Below, one piece after another: positions 61,699 through 64,000 of a stretch of 64,000 nt of DNA. A program made the position numbers and the translations under genes. Origin of the DNA: Methanotrichaceae archaeon (lineage in GTDB: Archaea > Halobacteriota > Methanosarcinia > Methanotrichales > Methanotrichaceae); assembly GCA_963754945.1 (NCBI GenBank), contig CAVWIG010000018.1:32001-96000 (forward strand), in the 5' to 3' direction. Under the pieces are notes generated by a model. That model was not told the DNA's origin. It saw only the letters and a program-made list of their open reading frames with translations, and did not search any database. Position 1 is the first letter of the stretch. Every line of letters starts with the position of its first letter.

Positions 61699-63374
61699 AC
61701 TGCGGGCATGACCAAATTCCTGTCGCCTGCAGCGCGGAACTCGCGTGCACCGCCCTTGCCGTAGCAGGCGCGGACATCGGCAAAGTCGAAGACCAAGCCG
61801 GGGTTGGCGAAAGTGACTTTGATCAACGGGTTGCATGCGAAGGCGTCCATGCGGCCTGCGTGAGCAGCGCTGGATATGCCTGCGTATTCGCCCTGGTGAC
61901 CGACGTTCATGGCGTAGTTCGGATAGTTTGCGCCCCTCAGCTCAGTGGGGTTGCCCTCATCTGACTGGTAGGAGAACACGTTGGTTGGACCGCACTGATC
62001 TTGCAGGTCGTATCCGAAGAAGCCCAATCTGCCCCAGGCTTCCTTGTGCAGGAGCATGGACAGATACCAGCCTGCCAGACCGATCTGGCTGTGGCCAGTT
62101 GCGATGGCTGCGCCGATACCGGACGCGGCTGCCATGACGGACGCCCTCTGAGATCCACCGAAGTGGTCCTCAAGCAGGGTCGGGAAGGACTCATACTGCT
62201 CTGCACTGTACAGTGTGGACTCAGTTGCGATATCCTTGGCGACATCCAGAGTGGCTGGTGCCTTGGCGAATCCGCCGTACTTGTCGTTTGCGTAGTCGAC
62301 TGTGTAGTAGCAGAAGTCGTCCAGAACGTCGTTGGTGTAGGCTGCAGTGGCGTACTGCGTGAATCCGACACCGCCGGACATGTAGCTTCCGAGCCAGATC
62401 TGGTCGTAGAGCATAGCGCCAGCGGCGACTACGTTCAGGGCAACCTTCACTGGGTCAGCGGCTGCTACCCTGGAAGTCTGGACCATGTCGGCCAGGAATC
62501 CGAAGGACAATCCGCCGGGGTTGTTGGGTCCGCGGGCCCTTCTGGCGGGCAGCATCTCTGACATCTGCAGGACTGCGGCGTGCTTGGCTGCGTAGGCCAG
62601 GTCAGCCACAGCGGCCTCACCGGCGCACATGTTGTAGGCGTCGATGAAGGTCATACATAGCTGCATAGCGCTCCACCTTGATGTGGTTCCGCCGTCGCAG
62701 GATCTGACTACGATGGTTGGGATGTGGATGGCCTGCCAGGTAGTCTTACCGATGGCTGCCTTGATCTCCTCAGCCTGATCGGCCGGGAAGAGCTTGTTGA
62801 TATCGACCACGTACTGGGGGTCAATCTCATCAACCAGGTTGTCGTCGCCGGAGAAGATACGGACGTTACAGTCGTCGACTAAGCCGGGGTGGGTCTCAAC
62901 CATGTGCTCCTGAACCACGGCTGCGCCGGGCATGGCGTGGTTGAGGATCTCCAGGTAGTTGTTGATGGTCTCTGGGGTGACTTCCTTGCCGAGACGCTTC
63001 TCCAACACCTCGTGGGCCATATCCAGACCAACGATAATGGTCCTGCGGATGTCGTCCCACTGCTGCTGCATAGCTGGGTTGTTGACGAAGTGCAGGTCGT
63101 CGCCCTCTACTACATACTCAGTTCCGGAGAGCTTGTAGGGGACGAGCTGCCTCTGGCCCAGGGGTATTCCGCCAGCGTGAACGTAGGGGTTGTAGCCAGT
63201 CATGCCACGCTTGCCCTCGAGCTTCTTGGCGTACTCCATGAATTCTCTCTTACGGGCGCTCTGCTCGGGTCCAAGCCTCTTGTACTCGACCTTCTGGCCT
63301 GAAAGATCGAAATCCTTTCCGAACTTCTTGTTAAGAGCCTTTATGAATAGCTTTTTGCTGTGCATCTTTGCCAT
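61695..63374 (-). CDS. mcrA: Methyl-coenzyme M reductase alpha subunit
   Basis: [59 protein letters not shown]. Confidence 0.98.
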   Translation of the reverse strand: MAKMHSKKLFIKALNKKFGKDFDLSGQKVEYKRLGPEQSARKREFMEYAKKLEGKRGMTGYNPYVHAGGIPLGQRQLVPYKLSGTEYVVEGDDLHFVNNPAMQQQWDDIRRTIIVGLDMAHEVLEKRLGKEVTPETINNYLEILNHAMPGAAVVQEHMVETHPGLVDDCNVRIFSGDDNLVDEIDPQYVVDINKLFPADQAEEIKAAIGKTTWQAIHIPTIVVRSCDGGTTSRWSAMQLCMTFIDAYNMCAGEAAVADLAYAAKHAAVLQMSEMLPARRARGPNNPGGLSFGFLADMVQTSRVAAADPVKVALNVVAAGAMLYDQIWLGSYMSGGVGFTQYATAAYTNDVLDDFCYYTVDYANDKYGGFAKAPATLDVAKDIATESTLYSAEQYESFPTLLEDHFGGSQRASVMAAASGIGAAIATGHSQIGLAGWYLSMLLHKEAWGRLGFFGYDLQDQCGPTNVFSYQSDEGNPTELRGANYPNYAMNVGHQGEYAGISSAAHAGRMDAFACNPLIKVTFANPGLVFDFADVRACYGKGGAREFRAAGDRNLVMPAV

Positions 63375-63390
63375 TTGTATCACCCACCTT

Positions 63391-64000
63391 TTACTCTGGC
63401 CTGAAGCCCCACTTGCTTCTTAGCGTCCACATGTGGTGCAGAGCCTCGATGGCCTCGTCGTTCTTCCTTGCGCCGACTTTTCCGCCGACGGCTACGCCGT
63501 CGAACCTGAAGATGGTGGTCCTCTTCTTGGCCTCAGCCTCGCTCATGGGCTTGCCCAGGCTGGCCTTCTTGTCGAGGGGAATACCGACCTGGTCCTTGAC
63601 CTGGTAAACGTTCCCGTCCTTGCCCATCTCAGTCCTGGATAGCATATCGAACATCATGCCGTTCTCTTCGAGCCTCAGGGAGTGGCCGTGCACTGTGCAG
63701 CCTCTCATGCCGGCTAGAGCGGGATCGAACATCTCGCTGTCCATGATGGTCTTGGTGTACTTCTCGATATCCCTCTCCCTGGCCTCGATGATCTGCCTTC
63801 CGGACAGGGTGCCCGGGTCGCAGCCCTTGCAGTTGATTGCTCCCCAGTAGGATCTCCAGTATGGGATTGATGGCGAGAAGTAGTACGAATCAGCAAACTG
63901 GGAGTACCTGACACGGTCTCCGGCTGCTGCGCCAGCGGTTGGTGCTACGATCTGCCTTATGGGGCAGTCGGGCTCGCCCATCTCCTTTAGGGGTGGATGG
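63391..64000 (-). CDS. mcrG: Methyl-coenzyme M reductase gamma subunit (5' end outside window)
   Basis: [44 protein letters not shown]. Confidence 0.97.
   Translation of the reverse strand, partial: HPPLKEMGEPDCPIRQIVAPTAGAAAGDRVRYSQFADSYYFSPSIPYWRSYWGAINCKGCDPGTLSGRQIIEARERDIEKYTKTIMDSEMFDPALAGMRGCTVHGHSLRLEENGMMFDMLSRTEMGKDGNVYQVKDQVGIPLDKKASLGKPMSEAEAKKRTTIFRFDGVAVGGKVGARKNDEAIEALHHMWTLRSKWGFRPE

Noticed and set aside
61835-63914. Many overlapping alternative-frame ORFs across mcrA/mcrG and other genes
   Set aside because: Expected shadow ORFs of GC-rich, codon-biased genes, with no independent motifs

Overview
Chromosomal window from a methanogenic archaeon; McrA/McrG and the gene content suggest Methanotrichaceae (Methanothrix-like), which is my inference. 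Most of it is housekeeping and methanogen-cofactor genes: trm1, npdG, fae-hps, two amt-glnK pairs, nadC/nadX, purH-like, sufCB, hacB/aksF, cfbAED, afpA/isf, thyA, secE and mcrG-mcrA. The strongest candidate for an undescribed system is at 9.2-18.2 kb. It is an operon of exported proteins: a NosD-like beta-helix, three tandem-rhodanese paralogs that lack the canonical catalytic Cys but carry a CxPC motif, and a subtilisin. Several of these share an Ig-like domain, and the operon faces a DNRLRE-like gene and a thioredoxin-CcdA fusion. Other points of note are a lysine acetylase/deacetylase locus, several genes that appear to start at ACG/ATC/CTG, a papain plus chagasin pair with Cys-rich microproteins between them, two toxin-antitoxin pairs, and a triple-nested IS (IS256 inside IS630 inside IS630). 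A cluster of single-base frameshifts at 43.5-46.7 kb may be assembly error. No rRNA, tRNA or CRISPR array was recognised. All family calls come from motif recognition by eye, without database searches.
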